A DNA stretch of 64,000 nt, taken from a virus. Taxonomy: Duplodnaviria > Caudoviricetes. The stretch spans positions 101,978 to 165,977 of IMG/VR virus record IMGVR_UViG_2786546475_000015; one strand, given 5' to 3'. Within the stretch, counting starts at the first letter, position 1. Each line of letters begins with the position of its first letter. Under the pieces are notes generated by a model. That model ran no database searches. It saw only the letters and a list, made by a program, of their open reading frames with translations, and was not told the DNA's origin. Positions 50,959 through 60,527 of this stretch are shown here, piece by piece. The translations under genes were made by a program, and so were the position numbers.

Positions 50959-51444
50959 ATGGCATACAAAGGTAAGTTTAGACCAACTAATATCGGAAAA
51001 TACAAAGGTAACTGGAAAAAGATTCAATACAGATCTTTATGGGAACTCCACATTATGAAGTGGTGTGACCGTAATAATGATGTTATTAAATGGTCTAGCG
51101 AAGAAGTCGTGATACCTTATTATTCTTCTCAAGATAATAAAAAACGTAGATATTTCATGGACTTCTACGTAAAAATGCGTAACGGTAATGAATTTTTATT
51201 CGAAGTTAAACCAGAAAAAGAAACTCATAAACCGAAAAAACCTTCTAGGATGACGACTAAGGCGAAAGAAAGGTTTATAAAAGAAGATTATACGTGGAAA
51301 GTAAATAACGATAAATGGAAAACTGCACATAAATTATGCGAAAAACGCGGTTGGAAATTTAAAATAATAACCGAAAAAGCTTTACAAAGTATTTTCGGCT
51401 ACAAAGGTATTAATAATGGCAATATTCGTAGACGAAAGCAATAA
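50959..51444 (+). CDS. gp4: head completion nuclease (gp4/gp50)
   Basis: MAYKGKFRP.N..KYKG...I.YRSLWE...WCD.N..V.KWSSEE.VIPY...RRYFMDF...EVKP.KET. Confidence 0.93.
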   Translation: MAYKGKFRPTNIGKYKGNWKKIQYRSLWELHIMKWCDRNNDVIKWSSEEVVIPYYSSQDNKKRRYFMDFYVKMRNGNEFLFEVKPEKETHKPKKPSRMTTKAKERFIKEDYTWKVNNDKWKTAHKLCEKRGWKFKIITEKALQSIFGYKGINNGNIRRRKQ

Positions 51445-52252
51445 TGAACCCATAAACGGTATAAGAAGTAAGCGTGAATGGGTAGATTTAATCAAAGAAT
51501 ATTTAAGTGAAAAATCAAAAGGTGTAACCGCTCAATCGTTTGCAAAAAATAACGATATCGATGTTAACCAGTTTAGATCTGCTTATGGTAAGTACGATAG
51601 AATTGCAAAAAGAGAATTGAAAGCTCAACCTTTAACAGAAGCAAAATCAAATAAAGGTAAGTCTAGCAAGAAAAAAGAAAGAAAAAGAGATTTAATTAAA
51701 TCATTTAGATCTCAATTAAAGAAAACTGCATCCCAAAGCGCGGCGGCTAATAACAATAAATCACTAAAATGGTTTAAAGGTATTATAGACGATGCTGTTA
51801 GGGGTAGAAAAGTTTCACGTCCAGAAGTTGGAAAAATTTACACATACGCATATGACGCTAAGTATAAAAACGAATTACCATATTGGGATAGATACCCATT
51901 AATAATTTATTTAGGTAATTATAAAGCAAAAAACGGTAATACGAACATGTTAGGGTTAAACCTACATTACATCCCACCAAGAGCTAGACAAGCATTCTTG
52001 GAGGAATTATTACCAAGGGCTAATACTGACACTATATCAAATAAAACCAAGCTTAAAGTCAATTGGAGTATGGTTAAAGGTATGCGTGGTAGTGACCAAA
52101 TGATTAAAGCTTATATACCTAAAAGAATAAGATCGGGTATCAAAGAAGTTAAACCTAGTGACTGGATTAACATCATATTTTTACCAATACAACAATTTGT
52201 TAGTAAAGGCAAGCGTTATAGTGCTAATAAAGTTTGGAGAAATGTTCGATGA
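51416..52252 (+). CDS. gp2: DNA end protector protein
   Basis: GKIYTYAYDAKYK..LPYWDRYPLIIYLG, GLNLHYIPP.AR..FL, MIKAYIP. Confidence 0.93.
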   Translation: MAIFVDESNNEPINGIRSKREWVDLIKEYLSEKSKGVTAQSFAKNNDIDVNQFRSAYGKYDRIAKRELKAQPLTEAKSNKGKSSKKKERKRDLIKSFRSQLKKTASQSAAANNNKSLKWFKGIIDDAVRGRKVSRPEVGKIYTYAYDAKYKNELPYWDRYPLIIYLGNYKAKNGNTNMLGLNLHYIPPRARQAFLEELLPRANTDTISNKTKLKVNWSMVKGMRGSDQMIKAYIPKRIRSGIKEVKPSDWINIIFLPIQQFVSKGKRYSANKVWRNVR

Positions 52253-53118
52253 CTAGTATCGATTTCGCAAAATTTGCGGCAAAAATAGCAAAAAGTGATG
52301 TGGGTAGACCGAATTTATTCAAAATTCAGTTTAGCGATGTAGGGTTCAATATCACTAAAGATGGTGTAATCGATTTTAGCCAAGATGATATCGAACCACA
52401 AGGTAGAGAAAACACCGAATCACCGTTAGATGGTTTTGATGCTATCCGTAGTCGTGTTGGTAATAAAATTGGCGACACGTTATTGAAAAATAGCGACACG
52501 TTCAGGAAAATTGCAGGGGCTTATTCACCAAAACTATTAAGATTAGCTGGCGGTGATGAAATAGTCGATGGTATTATGAACACCGAACCAGATATGAATA
52601 AAGACCTAACATTAATGGTTAAATCGGTCAACATACCAGAAGTTTCTTATAGTACCAGAAAGGAATATTTAGACAAAAAACCATTTAATTATGTCGAAGG
52701 TAAAGAACAAGGCGATGTAACGATGACGATTATATGCTCGCCTAATCTTATTGAATATCAGATATTCCAAAGTTGGTTCAAAGCAATACATGATCCGTAT
52801 AGAAACGCGTATTCGTTTTATAGTACTTATGCAAGAAATTTCGATATTTATACATACAAACGTAATGGTCGTGTGGGTTCATTAACACACGTACAGGATG
52901 CATATCCTAAATCTATTAGCGAAATTCAATTGGATTATGATAACAATGATCAGATTTCTACATTCACTGTAACATTTGGTTGTAGTATCAGTTCTACTAT
53001 ATCAGATCCACAAATTGAAGGTGATCTAGGTAATGTATTTGATGATATCGAAGGTGTATACGATGAAATTCGTGGTATAGGAAATAACAGTTTTGGTGGA
53101 AATTTACCACCTATATAA
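52234..53118 (+). CDS. gp54: baseplate tail-tube initiator (start likely 52249)
   Basis: DVGRPNLF.IQF, GAYSP.L.R...G, LMVKSVNIPE, YP.SISEIQLDYDNNDQISTFTVTF. Confidence 0.85.
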   Translation: MEKCSMTSIDFAKFAAKIAKSDVGRPNLFKIQFSDVGFNITKDGVIDFSQDDIEPQGRENTESPLDGFDAIRSRVGNKIGDTLLKNSDTFRKIAGAYSPKLLRLAGGDEIVDGIMNTEPDMNKDLTLMVKSVNIPEVSYSTRKEYLDKKPFNYVEGKEQGDVTMTIICSPNLIEYQIFQSWFKAIHDPYRNAYSFYSTYARNFDIYTYKRNGRVGSLTHVQDAYPKSISEIQLDYDNNDQISTFTVTFGCSISSTISDPQIEGDLGNVFDDIEGVYDEIRGIGNNSFGGNLPPI

Positions 53119-53150
53119 GTCTATGTTTTTAAAGGACTTTTTAAATTATT

Positions 53151-53198
53151 TTTTAACAGTAATTCTTATAATAATATATATAAGGTAAACTGTTAAAA
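53151..53198. repeat. palindromic element copy 2
   Basis: TTTTAACAGTAATTCTTATAATAATATATATAAGGTAAACTGTTAAAA. Confidence 0.85.
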
Positions 53199-53302
53199 AA
53201 ATTGATTAAAAAATATACCGCCAAAGGCGGTATCCCGCAAAGCGGGAATAATGATTAGGATTAAATATTTTAATCGAATAAAACAATATAATTTAAAACA
53301 TT

Positions 53303-53351
53303 TTTTAACAGTAATTCCTATAATAATTATATATAAGGGAAACTGTTAAAA
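53303..53351. repeat. palindromic element copy 3
   Basis: TTTTAACAGTAATTCCTATAATAATTATATATAAGGGAAACTGTTAAAA. Confidence 0.85.
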
Positions 53352-53389
53352 TTCGATTTAGTTATATAAATTAATATTTTTATTATTAA

Positions 53390-54163
53390 ATGATATATAG
53401 GTATGATATGAGTGACAAACTTAACAAACTTTCAGAAGCCCTAGAAAGTAATATTCCTACAACCAAAGTAAAAATCAGTGACGGTAGAGAAATCACTATT
53501 CGTTCTATGATCGTTGGTGAACTTAAACTTTTACTATTGGCTATGGAAGGCGAATCTAAATCTGGTGAATGGTACGATACCCTACAAGAAATTGTTAATA
53601 AGTGTATTAAAGATGATGTTAAAGCAGAGGATTTACCTACTGGTGATTTAGAATTAATCTACATCAATATTCATATGCTTTCTAAGGGTAAAAGTATTAT
53701 CCCTGTTAAGTATATCTGCGAAGAAGAAATCGAAAATGATGATGATTTTGAGATATGCGGTGGTGAAATGAAAGTTAAACTTGATTTAAAGAAAGCTTAT
53801 TTATCAGAAGCTACTATTGATAATGTAATCAAGGTCAATGATAGAGTCGCTATAAAATTACGTAGACCAGTAGCAAAAGAACAAATCTATTATGATGCTG
53901 ATACTACCGAAGATATGTTTAATCTATCTTGTAGATGTATTCAATCGATTACAATCGATGATGAAGAACTTGTTGCAGGGCAAGATTTTGATTATGAAAA
54001 ATTGGCTAGTTTTTTCGACTATTTTGATAGTGATACTTTTGAAAAAATGGCTGATTACATAAACGATACACCACTATTGACTTACCCAATTGCTATGCAA
54101 TGTCCTAAGTGTGGTAAAAAACATAGCATCGTATTAAAAGGATTGGCTGATTTTTTCGAATAA
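53390..54163 (+). CDS. gp26: baseplate hub assembly chaperone (gp26-like)
   Basis: I.IR.M.V.E.KLLL.A, DLE.IY.NI...SKG, IKLRRP, C-terminal CPKCG..H...LKGLADFF. Confidence 0.85.
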   Translation: MIYRYDMSDKLNKLSEALESNIPTTKVKISDGREITIRSMIVGELKLLLLAMEGESKSGEWYDTLQEIVNKCIKDDVKAEDLPTGDLELIYINIHMLSKGKSIIPVKYICEEEIENDDDFEICGGEMKVKLDLKKAYLSEATIDNVIKVNDRVAIKLRRPVAKEQIYYDADTTEDMFNLSCRCIQSITIDDEELVAGQDFDYEKLASFFDYFDSDTFEKMADYINDTPLLTYPIAMQCPKCGKKHSIVLKGLADFFE

Positions 54164-54168
54164 CGCTC

Positions 54169-54327
54169 ATGCAAGAGGATATTATTGATTATTATCAATC
54201 TAATATGTATATGAAAGAGCATGGTTGGTCTATCGACGAATTAGAAAAAATAACACCATTTGAACGACTTTTGTATGAGCAGATTTTGATAAACCGAATA
54301 AGGTCTAAGGCAGAACAGAATGAATGA
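54169..54327 (+). CDS. gp51 C-terminal-like small ORF (probable -1 frameshift extension of gp26-like gene)
   Basis: YYQSNMYMKEHGWSIDELEKITPFERLLY resembles the T4 gp51 C-terminus [28 protein letters not shown]; in the -1 frame from T TTT TTC at 54151. Confidence 0.75.
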   Translation: MQEDIIDYYQSNMYMKEHGWSIDELEKITPFERLLYEQILINRIRSKAEQNE

Positions 54328-56170
54328 CGAAGAAAATAACAAGTCATTAGATCAATATTTTAGTGCTATAATGAGAAGCACACAAAGTATTGAATCGTTA
54401 TCGAAATATCAAGAAGAACTACAAGAAGCAACGTTTATAGCGGTTGAATCTACTCTAGATTTAGCCGAAACGTTCGTTGATGTTCGTAAAAAGGCTCTAG
54501 ATAGTTCTAGTAGAATGGCTGAAAGTATTTCTGATTCCGATGATCAGTATAGAAAATACAAAGAACTTGTTGGCGAACAATTAAGTAAACAACAAGTTAT
54601 AGTTGATTATTTCGGTAAATTGACTGAAAATGAAAAAGAGAAATTAAAAGATTCTAATGATACTACTGATTCAGAAGAAGGTATCAAAGACGAAAAAGAA
54701 CAACAACACAAAGACGAAAAAGAACATACCAAAGAGAAACAAGGCTTACTGAAACGCGTCAGAAACAATTTAGAAGAAAATGCTAAGAGTGGTGGCGGGT
54801 ATACCAAAACATACGGCTCACGTGCTATTTTGGCGGCTTCTGATGGAATTAAATCGTTATTCAGTGGTATCGCTCAACAAATACCAATGTTTAATGAAGT
54901 CAAAGCGGGTGTTTCTAAAGTTAGATCTATCGGTTCTGATATTAATCAAACTCGAATTAGACGTAAACAAGCCAAAGAGGATAAGAAAAATAAAAAACCG
55001 TCTGAAACTGGTGTTGATAAGCGAAAAAACGAAGCTGATAGAAAAGAACGTAAACGTAATACACGCCTTCAAGGTAGAATGCTTAAAGCGCAAAAAGAGG
55101 GTAACAACTTATTAGAAAAAATGAATCGTAGAATGATGTTTCAATCACTATTCAGTATGTTTGGTGGTTTAGTGAAAAATTTAGGTTCTATGATTTCATC
55201 TGGTGTTGGTATGGCGTTTAAAGGTCTTGGATTGGTTAGTGCTTTAAAAGGTCTTACTGGTATCATGGGTATGCTTAAAGGTGCGGTAGGCGGTCTTGGT
55301 AAAATGCTTGGTATGGGTAAACCTAAAGGCGCACCAACACCGAAAGGTAAACCGAATCCTAAAGTTAGACCGACAACCGCTAGTGGCGGTAAACAACCGA
55401 TGTTGGATAAAGGCGAAACGACCAAAAAAGCTAAAACCGTTAAAGCTAGAGCGGGTAAAATGGGTAACGTAGCCAAAGGTATAGCTAAAACAGGTTCTAA
55501 ACTTGGTCGTGTCGCTTTGGGTGGTGCTAAATTTGCTGGTAAAATGGCGTTACGTGCTGTTCCCGGACTTGGTTGGGGGTTATTAGCTTATGATGCTATT
55601 AATTTGGCGACTGGTGGTGCGGCTGACGAAATGGTTGGTAAAGCTGTTGATAAAGCGGGTGAACTAATCGGTGATGCGGTTGATAGTATTTCTAGTTGGT
55701 TTAGTGATGACGATGAAGAAGAAGAAGAAAAGAAAAAAGACACACCAGAAGTTAAACCAAAAAATAGAAATCGTGAAGTTCTAGAAAATCGATTAGAACA
55801 TTTCACCGAAAAATATGAAGAAGCGGTTGCCGCTGGTGATGATAAAGGGGCTAGATTAGCGGCTAGAGGAATGTCGCACTATAAAAATAGGTTGGATAAT
55901 TTAGATTCTGAATCGTCTAAACTTTCGTCTGACGATCGCCCAAGTAGTAATGGTAAAATGTTGGAACATTATACTAATAAATACGAACAGGCGAGAGAAG
56001 AAAAAAATACTAGACAATCAGAGATATATCAAAAAGCTATTATGATGAATCAAGGTCGTGCGCCTAGTTCATCAAATGTAACTCAAGTAAATAATACAAA
56101 GTCTGTAAGAATGTATACAGATAGCCCTATGTACAGTAGTGGTAGTAAGTATCAGGATATACAACGATGA
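54320..56170 (+). CDS. tape measure / baseplate hub protein (gp29-like)
   Basis: 616 aa helical; Gly/Ala/Met-rich hydrophobic stretches (RAVPGLGWGLLAYDA); ends SSNVTQVNN; follows chaperone genes. Confidence 0.75.
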   Translation: MNDEENNKSLDQYFSAIMRSTQSIESLSKYQEELQEATFIAVESTLDLAETFVDVRKKALDSSSRMAESISDSDDQYRKYKELVGEQLSKQQVIVDYFGKLTENEKEKLKDSNDTTDSEEGIKDEKEQQHKDEKEHTKEKQGLLKRVRNNLEENAKSGGGYTKTYGSRAILAASDGIKSLFSGIAQQIPMFNEVKAGVSKVRSIGSDINQTRIRRKQAKEDKKNKKPSETGVDKRKNEADRKERKRNTRLQGRMLKAQKEGNNLLEKMNRRMMFQSLFSMFGGLVKNLGSMISSGVGMAFKGLGLVSALKGLTGIMGMLKGAVGGLGKMLGMGKPKGAPTPKGKPNPKVRPTTASGGKQPMLDKGETTKKAKTVKARAGKMGNVAKGIAKTGSKLGRVALGGAKFAGKMALRAVPGLGWGLLAYDAINLATGGAADEMVGKAVDKAGELIGDAVDSISSWFSDDDEEEEEKKKDTPEVKPKNRNREVLENRLEHFTEKYEEAVAAGDDKGARLAARGMSHYKNRLDNLDSESSKLSSDDRPSSNGKMLEHYTNKYEQAREEKNTRQSEIYQKAIMMNQGRAPSSSNVTQVNNTKSVRMYTDSPMYSSGSKYQDIQR

Positions 56171-56712
56171 TTGATCAAAATAACTATTCAGCGGGTAATG
56201 TACCTTTAGTCAAATTTCATAAAGAAATGGAGTTAGAAACGTTTTCTAACAGTATTAAAGGTGTTACAATACCTAGCGTTAGTATCAAGCCAGCAAGATC
56301 TAACGAAAATGCATACGTATCTGTTAATAATATAGGTACTAATTTCGTGTTTGAACCATTGATAATTCGCTTTACAGTAGATGAAAATTGGGAATCATAT
56401 ATGGAATTGTTCAAGTATATGGTCAGTACATCCAATTTTCAAACTGGTAGGGCTGTCAATCAAGTCGGTGCTTTTAAAGAACCTAACGATATTATAGTCT
56501 TTTTACGTGATAGGACAAGGACTAAAATCGTAAAGCAATTAAATTTTAAACAAGCTTGGGTATCTGATATATCGGATGTTGAATTAACTTACACAGACGA
56601 TATGACTACCGAATTAGTGTGTACTGCGACATTTATGTATGCTACAATGATTCCACAAGATGCTAATGGCGATGATATAACCGTACCGTCAGAAGCTAAA
56701 TTTATAAATTAA
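56167..56712 (+). CDS. gp3: tail tube terminator / completion protein
   Basis: V.IP.V.I, F.FEPLIIRFTVDENWESY.E.FKYM, F..AWVSDISDVEL.Y, C.ATF.Y. Confidence 0.88.
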   Translation: MIDQNNYSAGNVPLVKFHKEMELETFSNSIKGVTIPSVSIKPARSNENAYVSVNNIGTNFVFEPLIIRFTVDENWESYMELFKYMVSTSNFQTGRAVNQVGAFKEPNDIIVFLRDRTRTKIVKQLNFKQAWVSDISDVELTYTDDMTTELVCTATFMYATMIPQDANGDDITVPSEAKFIN

Positions 56713-56948
56713 TGAAGGTGAATATGCAAAATTGGGAAAGTGAAGCTAAAGAATTGAGTTATCAAGTCATTACTTTACAAAAACAAATTAATGCTTTGAA
56801 TGATCAATTCAATGGTGTTTTGAGTGAACTAAATAATCTACGTAACAGTTTAAGTGACAACGAAGATCGTGTAGGATTTGAATCTTACGAAGAAGTTGTT
56901 AAATTTATTCGTAGTTTAGGTGTTGACACAGAAGCCGAAACAGAGTAA
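56712..56948 (+). CDS. gp57A-like tail fiber chaperone
   Basis: 78 aa acidic coiled coil between gene 3 and the tRNA cluster as in T4; QVITLQKQI...EEVVKFIRSL. Confidence 0.5.
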   Translation: MKVNMQNWESEAKELSYQVITLQKQINALNDQFNGVLSELNNLRNSLSDNEDRVGFESYEEVVKFIRSLGVDTEAETE

Positions 56949-56997
56949 GATTGTTTCATAAACGCGATTGAGAAGTCGCGTTGTTAAAACAATTTTA

Positions 56998-57074
56998 GCG
57001 CCAATAGCTTAATCGGTAAAGCGCCCGTCTCATAAACGGTAGAAGGAGCGGATCGTAACCGCCTTGGCGCACCA
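56998..57074 (+). tRNA. tRNA CAU (Met or Ile2)
   Basis: GCGCCAA/TTGGCGC-A-CCA; loop CT CAT AA; atypical T-loop ATCGTAA. Confidence 0.85.
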
Positions 57075-57107
57075 TATTATCGGTGTTAAAACTAGATAGG
57101 AGAATGA

Positions 57108-57614
57108 ATGAATAGTAATACTACTCTTAACGAATATCTAAAAAATCTTTACTTGAGTTCAGATCCGAATATTCAAGAAATCGCTAATAATTTGTATGAA
57201 TTAGGTGCGACCACTCAAGATGAACTATCCGAATCGTCATATGACGACGAAGATATTGAGTGTGAGAAAGTTAATACCGCAGAAGATACCGTAAAAATCA
57301 TCGATTATTTACGTAATAACCCAAAATGGAATCATTCCAAGGTGAATGGTTATAAATACTGGTTAACGCTTAGTGGTTTTGATGAAAGTACACATTACGC
57401 CAATCAAAACGTATCTTTGGTTTGTGATAATCGGGGTTGGATGTTGATAGTTAATGCTGGTTTTAAGTATGATGGTAAAAATTGCGAGCATTATCATGGC
57501 GAAACTGGTGGAGAATATGATTTAGATGTTAAGAATATCATCCAAGCCAAACAAAAAGCGATTGAGATTTTGATCGAAGAATATGTAACTAAAAATATGT
57601 TATGTATGTGTTGA
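57108..57614 (+). CDS. hypothetical protein
   Basis: AGGAG RBS. Confidence 0.7.
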   Translation: MNSNTTLNEYLKNLYLSSDPNIQEIANNLYELGATTQDELSESSYDDEDIECEKVNTAEDTVKIIDYLRNNPKWNHSKVNGYKYWLTLSGFDESTHYANQNVSLVCDNRGWMLIVNAGFKYDGKNCEHYHGETGGEYDLDVKNIIQAKQKAIEILIEEYVTKNMLCMC

Positions 57615-57643
57615 ATATTATGCTTTAAAGTGAAAAATATATA

Positions 57644-58231
57644 ATGAAAATAATTAACCAACTTAGTGAATTATCACCACTTAGAAAATATTTCTTAGCC
57701 TATCAATTTTTTACTAAATCGACTAATATTTTTCTGATAGCTATAACTATTAGATTAATCACTGGTCAATTCGGCGAAGATGGGTTAATCTTAAAAGATT
57801 ATATGATTCCAGTATTGGGATTGTTTATATTCGTACCGTTTTTAAGTAATTACATCATTGATAACGCTAGAAAGTGTTTTAAGTGGATTATTGTTGTAGA
57901 AGTGTTTTCGTTATTGATGTATATTGCCGCTGAAAAGGGTATATTTCCAGAGATAACATTGATATTAGGTATAGTGACTTTAACGGTGTCTAATGTGTTC
58001 GTTAATCCACTTAGAGTAAAAAATAACTCACAAGTGGTTGACAACGACAAAAATTACTCTATACTTAGTGAACGTATCAATTCGGTGTTTACAGTCCTGT
58101 TATCATCTATCGGTGCATTGTTATTGATTTTTGATATACGGTCTGATGTTAATATCGTATTGACTATTATTTTTGTTCTTTTAAGTAGATTTACATATTT
58201 AAAAGTTCTTGATGAATTGAATGAGGAATAG
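57644..58231 (+). CDS. multi-pass membrane protein (~6 TM)
   Basis: Six hydrophobic segments. Confidence 0.75.
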   Translation: MKIINQLSELSPLRKYFLAYQFFTKSTNIFLIAITIRLITGQFGEDGLILKDYMIPVLGLFIFVPFLSNYIIDNARKCFKWIIVVEVFSLLMYIAAEKGIFPEITLILGIVTLTVSNVFVNPLRVKNNSQVVDNDKNYSILSERINSVFTVLLSSIGALLLIFDIRSDVNIVLTIIFVLLSRFTYLKVLDELNEE

Positions 58232-58433
58232 TATGAATATTTCATTAATTGAAAGATTTATTGTGATAAAATTTTTATTACTAATCGTCATGATTATCGG
58301 ATGGGGTATCAATATTTACCAAATCGTTAGCGATTTCACTACTTTTGCTGATATCGGTGCTGAAATGGTATTACGTATTGTTGGTATTGTACTTTTACCG
58401 TTGGGTGGATTCATGGGATTGTTTATTTGGTAA
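58221..58433 (+). CDS. small membrane protein
   Basis: Two TM segments; GWGINIYQIV...LRIVGIVLLPLGGFMG. Confidence 0.7.
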   Translation: MRNSMNISLIERFIVIKFLLLIVMIIGWGINIYQIVSDFTTFADIGAEMVLRIVGIVLLPLGGFMGLFIW

Positions 58434-58440
58434 AAAATAT

Positions 58441-58517
58441 GTCCTCGTAGCTCAAATGGATAGAGCAATCGCCTTCTAAGCGATTGGTTACAGGTTCGAG
58501 TCCTGTCGGGGATGCCA
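58441..58517 (+). tRNA. tRNA-Arg(UCU)
   Basis: ATCGC CT TCT AA GCGAT; GGTTCGAGTCC; CCA. Confidence 0.95.
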
Positions 58518-58523
58518 ATTTAT

Positions 58524-58612
58524 GGATAGTTGGTAGAGTGGTCAAATACACCCGATTGCTAATCGGGGGTCGCTAACGCGGCACAAGGGTTCGAATCCCT
58601 TACTATCCGCCA
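58524..58612 (+). tRNA. tRNA-Ser(GCU)
   Basis: CCCGA TT GCT AA TCGGG; long variable arm; CCA. Confidence 0.95.
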
Positions 58613-58624
58613 ATTTTTTATATT

Positions 58625-59035
58625 ATGAATGGAGTGAAAATGTTTATTTTCGAGTACGAAAATCGAAAAGGTAAAACTGTAAAAGTTGAATCGACTAAAC
58701 ATGCATACAAGCGATTCTGTCAACGATATAATAATTATTATGGAAAACGATTCGATAAAGAAGAATTGACGGAATCATTTGAAAAATTATTTGATAACGC
58801 TTTAAGAGAACCTAATGCTAGCGCTAACAAGCGTTTAACTAAACGTAAACGTAGAAAAGGTTCTGATACGATTTATTTTATCGATCGTTCTGGTGTTTTT
58901 CGTTTAGTCGTACAAGATGGTAAACTTATTACCGTAGAATTACGTGGTAAAAATCGTAAATTCAATAAAATAAAAAGAAAATGTGGGTATCATGGTGAAG
59001 CTCAAGATTTAGAAACAAAACCCACATTTAATTGA
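58625..59035 (+). CDS. hypothetical protein (possible BECR/RelE-like fold)
   Basis: STKHAYKRFCQRY...FRLVVQDGKLITV. Confidence 0.65.
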   Translation: MNGVKMFIFEYENRKGKTVKVESTKHAYKRFCQRYNNYYGKRFDKEELTESFEKLFDNALREPNASANKRLTKRKRRKGSDTIYFIDRSGVFRLVVQDGKLITVELRGKNRKFNKIKRKCGYHGEAQDLETKPTFN

Positions 59036-59051
59036 TACTAAATAATATTAT

Positions 59052-59126
59052 GGGGCGGTAGCTTAATTGGGAAAGCGCCTTACTTGCAATAAGGAAGATC
59101 GGGTTCGACTCCCGCCGACTCCACCA
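59052..59126 (+). tRNA. tRNA-Ala(UGC)
   Basis: CCTTA CT TGC AA TAAGG; G3-U70; CCA; imperfect acceptor stem. Confidence 0.9.
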
Positions 59127-59167
59127 AATTTTTGAGAAGATATTGATAAAGATATTTTGAAATATTT

Positions 59168-59243
59168 AGGGGTATGGTGTTAATGGCTAACATGACGGAT
59201 TCCAAATCCGTTGCTCGCGGTTCGAATCCGTGTACCCCTGCCA
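59168..59243 (+). tRNA. tRNA-Trp(CCA)
   Basis: ACGGA TT CCA AA TCCGT; AGGGGTA/TACCCCT; CCA. Confidence 0.95.
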
Positions 59244-59305
59244 AATTAATTTGTATTTTCTTATCTCGTATGGTAAACTATTACTATATCAGATAAGGAG
59301 ATTAA

Positions 59306-59485
59306 ATGAAGAAGATATTATCAAGAATTGCTTTAGCGTACAGTGTTCCATTTTATACAATCGTTTACATTTATCACAACGGATTAGTTGATGGATTTAT
59401 GTATTCTGTATCTACATGGTTGGTATCGCTACTGCTAGTAAGTTTAATGGTAGGTGGTTCATGTTCTCGGAACAATACAAGTTAG
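59306..59485 (+). CDS. small membrane protein (59 aa, not in ORF track)
   Basis: TAAGGAG RBS; MKKILSRIALAYSVPFYTIVY...; TTGTAT-17-TAAACT promoter upstream. Confidence 0.7.
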   Translation: MKKILSRIALAYSVPFYTIVYIYHNGLVDGFMYSVSTWLVSLLLVSLMVGGSCSRNNTS

Positions 59486-60261
59486 ATACACTGTTATCCG
59501 AAGCTCATAAAATAGAATTTTCGGATGAACAATGGGAAATTATGTTGTATTCCGAATCCGAAAATGAATTGATTAATCAGATCAATGAAGCGGATGTTTA
59601 TAACATGGTTACTTACGGTGCAGATGTTATTAAAGGCGTATTTAAGCGCTTAAAAACGGAAATTAAAGATATAGCACAAGAATTTCAAATTTCAGTAAAT
59701 GAAATTAAAATGGCTTTATCGTTTCCAGAAATTAAAGAAATGCTGAAAGCATTTGGATATAGTATAAAGGCTTTTGCTAAAACACTTTCTAAAAGTGTTG
59801 GTTTAGTCGGTACTATGTGTCATGATTTATTCGACGAATTAGAAAAATATGGATTTGCTGATGATCTTGATAAAGGTTTATCTGTATTAGATAATTGGTT
59901 CGATAATCATCCTCTAGCAAAGAAAGTTAGTGGATTTATGGTAGCGACTACGTTACTGTATATTTGGCTTTCTATGACGTTTACAGGGCGTTTTAGTAGC
60001 GATATGAACCTAAAGAACATCATCATGGCTTTAAGTGGTAAATATTCTTTAAGAGAAATATTCGCTACACCAGAAGGTAAATTGATGTTGGTACTATTCG
60101 GAACAGGTTCTTTTGTAACTTTTCCTTGGTTAGGTGCAACATACGGAAATCTTATGCTAGCCGTTGTGTATACTGGATTTATGATGATGAATCAAACAGG
60201 TATGGCATATAAAATTAAGAAAAAAATTAAGAAAAATGCTAAAATAGATATAAATCCTTGA
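59461..60261 (+). CDS. hypothetical protein with C-terminal TM segments
   Basis: Start MFSEQ after AGGTGG; hydrophobic C-terminal third. Confidence 0.7.
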   Translation: MFSEQYKLDTLLSEAHKIEFSDEQWEIMLYSESENELINQINEADVYNMVTYGADVIKGVFKRLKTEIKDIAQEFQISVNEIKMALSFPEIKEMLKAFGYSIKAFAKTLSKSVGLVGTMCHDLFDELEKYGFADDLDKGLSVLDNWFDNHPLAKKVSGFMVATTLLYIWLSMTFTGRFSSDMNLKNIIMALSGKYSLREIFATPEGKLMLVLFGTGSFVTFPWLGATYGNLMLAVVYTGFMMMNQTGMAYKIKKKIKKNAKIDINP

Positions 60262-60269
60262 TTTTGGTA

Positions 60270-60277
60270 TATAAATA
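60270..60277 (+). promoter_or_regulatory. late promoter upstream of leader/tRNA block
   Basis: TATAAATA exact. Confidence 0.6.
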
Positions 60278-60340
60278 AGAATACACATTTTTAAATTTAA
60301 GTCTGTCGTTGCTATAAGAACGACTTTTAAGAGAGATTTT

Positions 60341-60457
60341 ATGAAATTATTAACACTATCATATGAAAAACATAATATTCTACCGCAGGTGGACTCTTTT
60401 TCATACGTGCGTGGTAATTTCTTTAAAAATCTTAGATCGGGTATTGTACATATGTAA
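60341..60457 (+). CDS. putative 38-aa leader peptide
   Basis: GAGAG RBS-like; MKLLTLSYEKHNILPQVDSFSYVRGNFFKNLRSGIVHM*; followed by a terminator with an alternative fold. Confidence 0.6.
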   Translation: MKLLTLSYEKHNILPQVDSFSYVRGNFFKNLRSGIVHM

Positions 60458-60486
60458 TTGATACATAGTACTATTAACTTTTGTTA

Positions 60487-60513
60487 AGCCCGACTTTTAT
60501 AGTCGGGTTTTTT
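60487..60513 (+). terminator. intrinsic terminator (candidate attenuator)
   Basis: AGCCCGACT-TTTAT-AGTCGGGTT-TTTT, 14 nt before tRNA-Phe. Confidence 0.85.
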
Positions 60514-60527
60514 ATTGTCTAAATTCA

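Noticed and set aside
54607-58245. Minus-strand ORFs over the tape measure, gp3 and membrane genes
   Set aside because: Antisense shadows without translation signals.
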